Part shown: one piece after another, positions 63,599 to 64,000 of the stretch | How the letters are laid out: every line of letters starts with the position of its first letter | Numbering within the stretch: position 1 is the stretch's first letter | Source: an uncultured Candidatus Saccharibacteria bacterium | Lineage (GTDB): Bacteria > Patescibacteriota > Minisyncoccia > Phycocordibacterales > JACOZG01 | Reading direction: 5' to 3' | Length of the DNA stretch: 64,000 bases | Assembly (NCBI GenBank): GCA_964460805.1 | Contig: CAYWPU010000001.1 | Location: 38,624 to 102,623 of the forward strand | The notes under the pieces: model-generated | Databases searched by the model: none | What the model saw: the letters and a program-made list of their open reading frames with translations, nothing else | What the model was told of the DNA's origin: nothing | Translations under genes and position numbers: made by a program

Positions 63599-64000
63599 CT
63601 ATCTGGAACTCTCTACATTCACCCTGCGCCTCCGGTAAGTGGCGAGCAGTAGGGCTAGCAACATGATAGTTGCCGGCTCGGGTGTCAGGCTCGCCCTCAG
63701 GCCGTCGGTGGTGACGCCATCCCCGGGGTAGATTACCCGCTTGATGGGGACGCTGGAGTGCCAGCCGTGCCACTCCAGCAGGCCATCGGCCACGGGTGCG
63801 CGGCTGTAGGTAAAAGACTCTGAGCTGATCAGCATGCCAGCAGTGTCAAAAAACTGGACATCTACGCTCGCCGGGTTGGCACTAGAGCTGGTGTATGCTC
63901 CCCAGTAAGAGCCAAACTTGGCCACCGGGATGCTGAACACGATAACCGCTACGCTGTTGGAGCCGCTAATCGCCATGGCATTGGTGCCATCAGCCACTTG
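63599..64000 (-). CDS. secreted protein with PEP-CTERM-like sorting signal, partial (N-terminus beyond window end)
   Basis: C-terminus ...LTPEPATIMLLALLLATYRRRRVNVESSR is a PEP motif, hydrophobic helix, Arg cluster. Upstream part ends ...VQFFDTAGMLISSESFTY. Confidence 0.5.
   Translation of the reverse strand, partial: QVADGTNAMAISGSNSVAVIVFSIPVAKFGSYWGAYTSSSANPASVDVQFFDTAGMLISSESFTYSRAPVADGLLEWHGWHSSVPIKRVIYPGDGVTTDGLRASLTPEPATIMLLALLLATYRRRRVNVESSR

Noticed and set aside
1-64000. CRISPR arrays, rRNA genes, transposases/IS elements, prophage integrases
   Set aside because: Scanned for short regularly spaced direct repeats, rRNA-like conserved stretches, and DDE or serine/tyrosine integrase motifs other than the chromosomal Xer-type recombinase. 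None seen.

Overview
This 64-kb window reads as a gene-dense stretch of a small-genome bacterial chromosome. My inference is a Patescibacteria/CPR-like organism. The basis is compact housekeeping proteins, a DUF5652-type mini membrane ORF, type IV pilus genes and a Gram-positive-style VirB4 operon. The window spans the replication origin region: rpmH-rnpA-yidC divergent from dnaA-dnaN, with DnaA boxes on both sides of dnaA. It carries many DNA repair and recombination genes: ruvA, ruvB, ruvC, yqgF, polA, mutM, xth, a family-4 UDG, pcrA, xerC/D-like, comM and a Cas4-like nuclease. Cell-wall genes are a class A PBP, a MurE-like ligase, alr and a LysM-M23 peptidase. Ribosomal protein genes are rplS, rpsT, rpsO and an unlisted rpmH. 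I hand-folded 14 tRNAs, including three Arg isoacceptors (GCG, UCG, UCU) and three Pro. Type IV pilus genes pilM-pilN-pilO and pilB are present. The most notable feature is a roughly 12.4-kb single-strand operon at 33.5-45.9 kb. It encodes a type IV secretion-like apparatus: a VirB4-family ATPase, a PrgI/VirB3-like protein, a VirB6/TrbL-like polytopic membrane protein with a long extension, and a VirB2/TrbC-like pilin candidate. It also encodes a 1001-aa low-complexity secreted giant protein and several secreted or membrane proteins of unknown function. No relaxase or coupling protein is visible in the window. Other points of interest are a membrane protein with about a dozen degenerate Cys-rich repeats, a 153-nt intergenic element closed by a perfect 17-bp inverted repeat, and a DUF5652-like ORF interrupted by an in-frame TAG. 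There are also a pair of low-complexity small secreted proteins and a PEP-CTERM-like C-terminus on a gene that runs off the window end. All calls come from reading the sequence by eye and from motif recall. No database searches were run.
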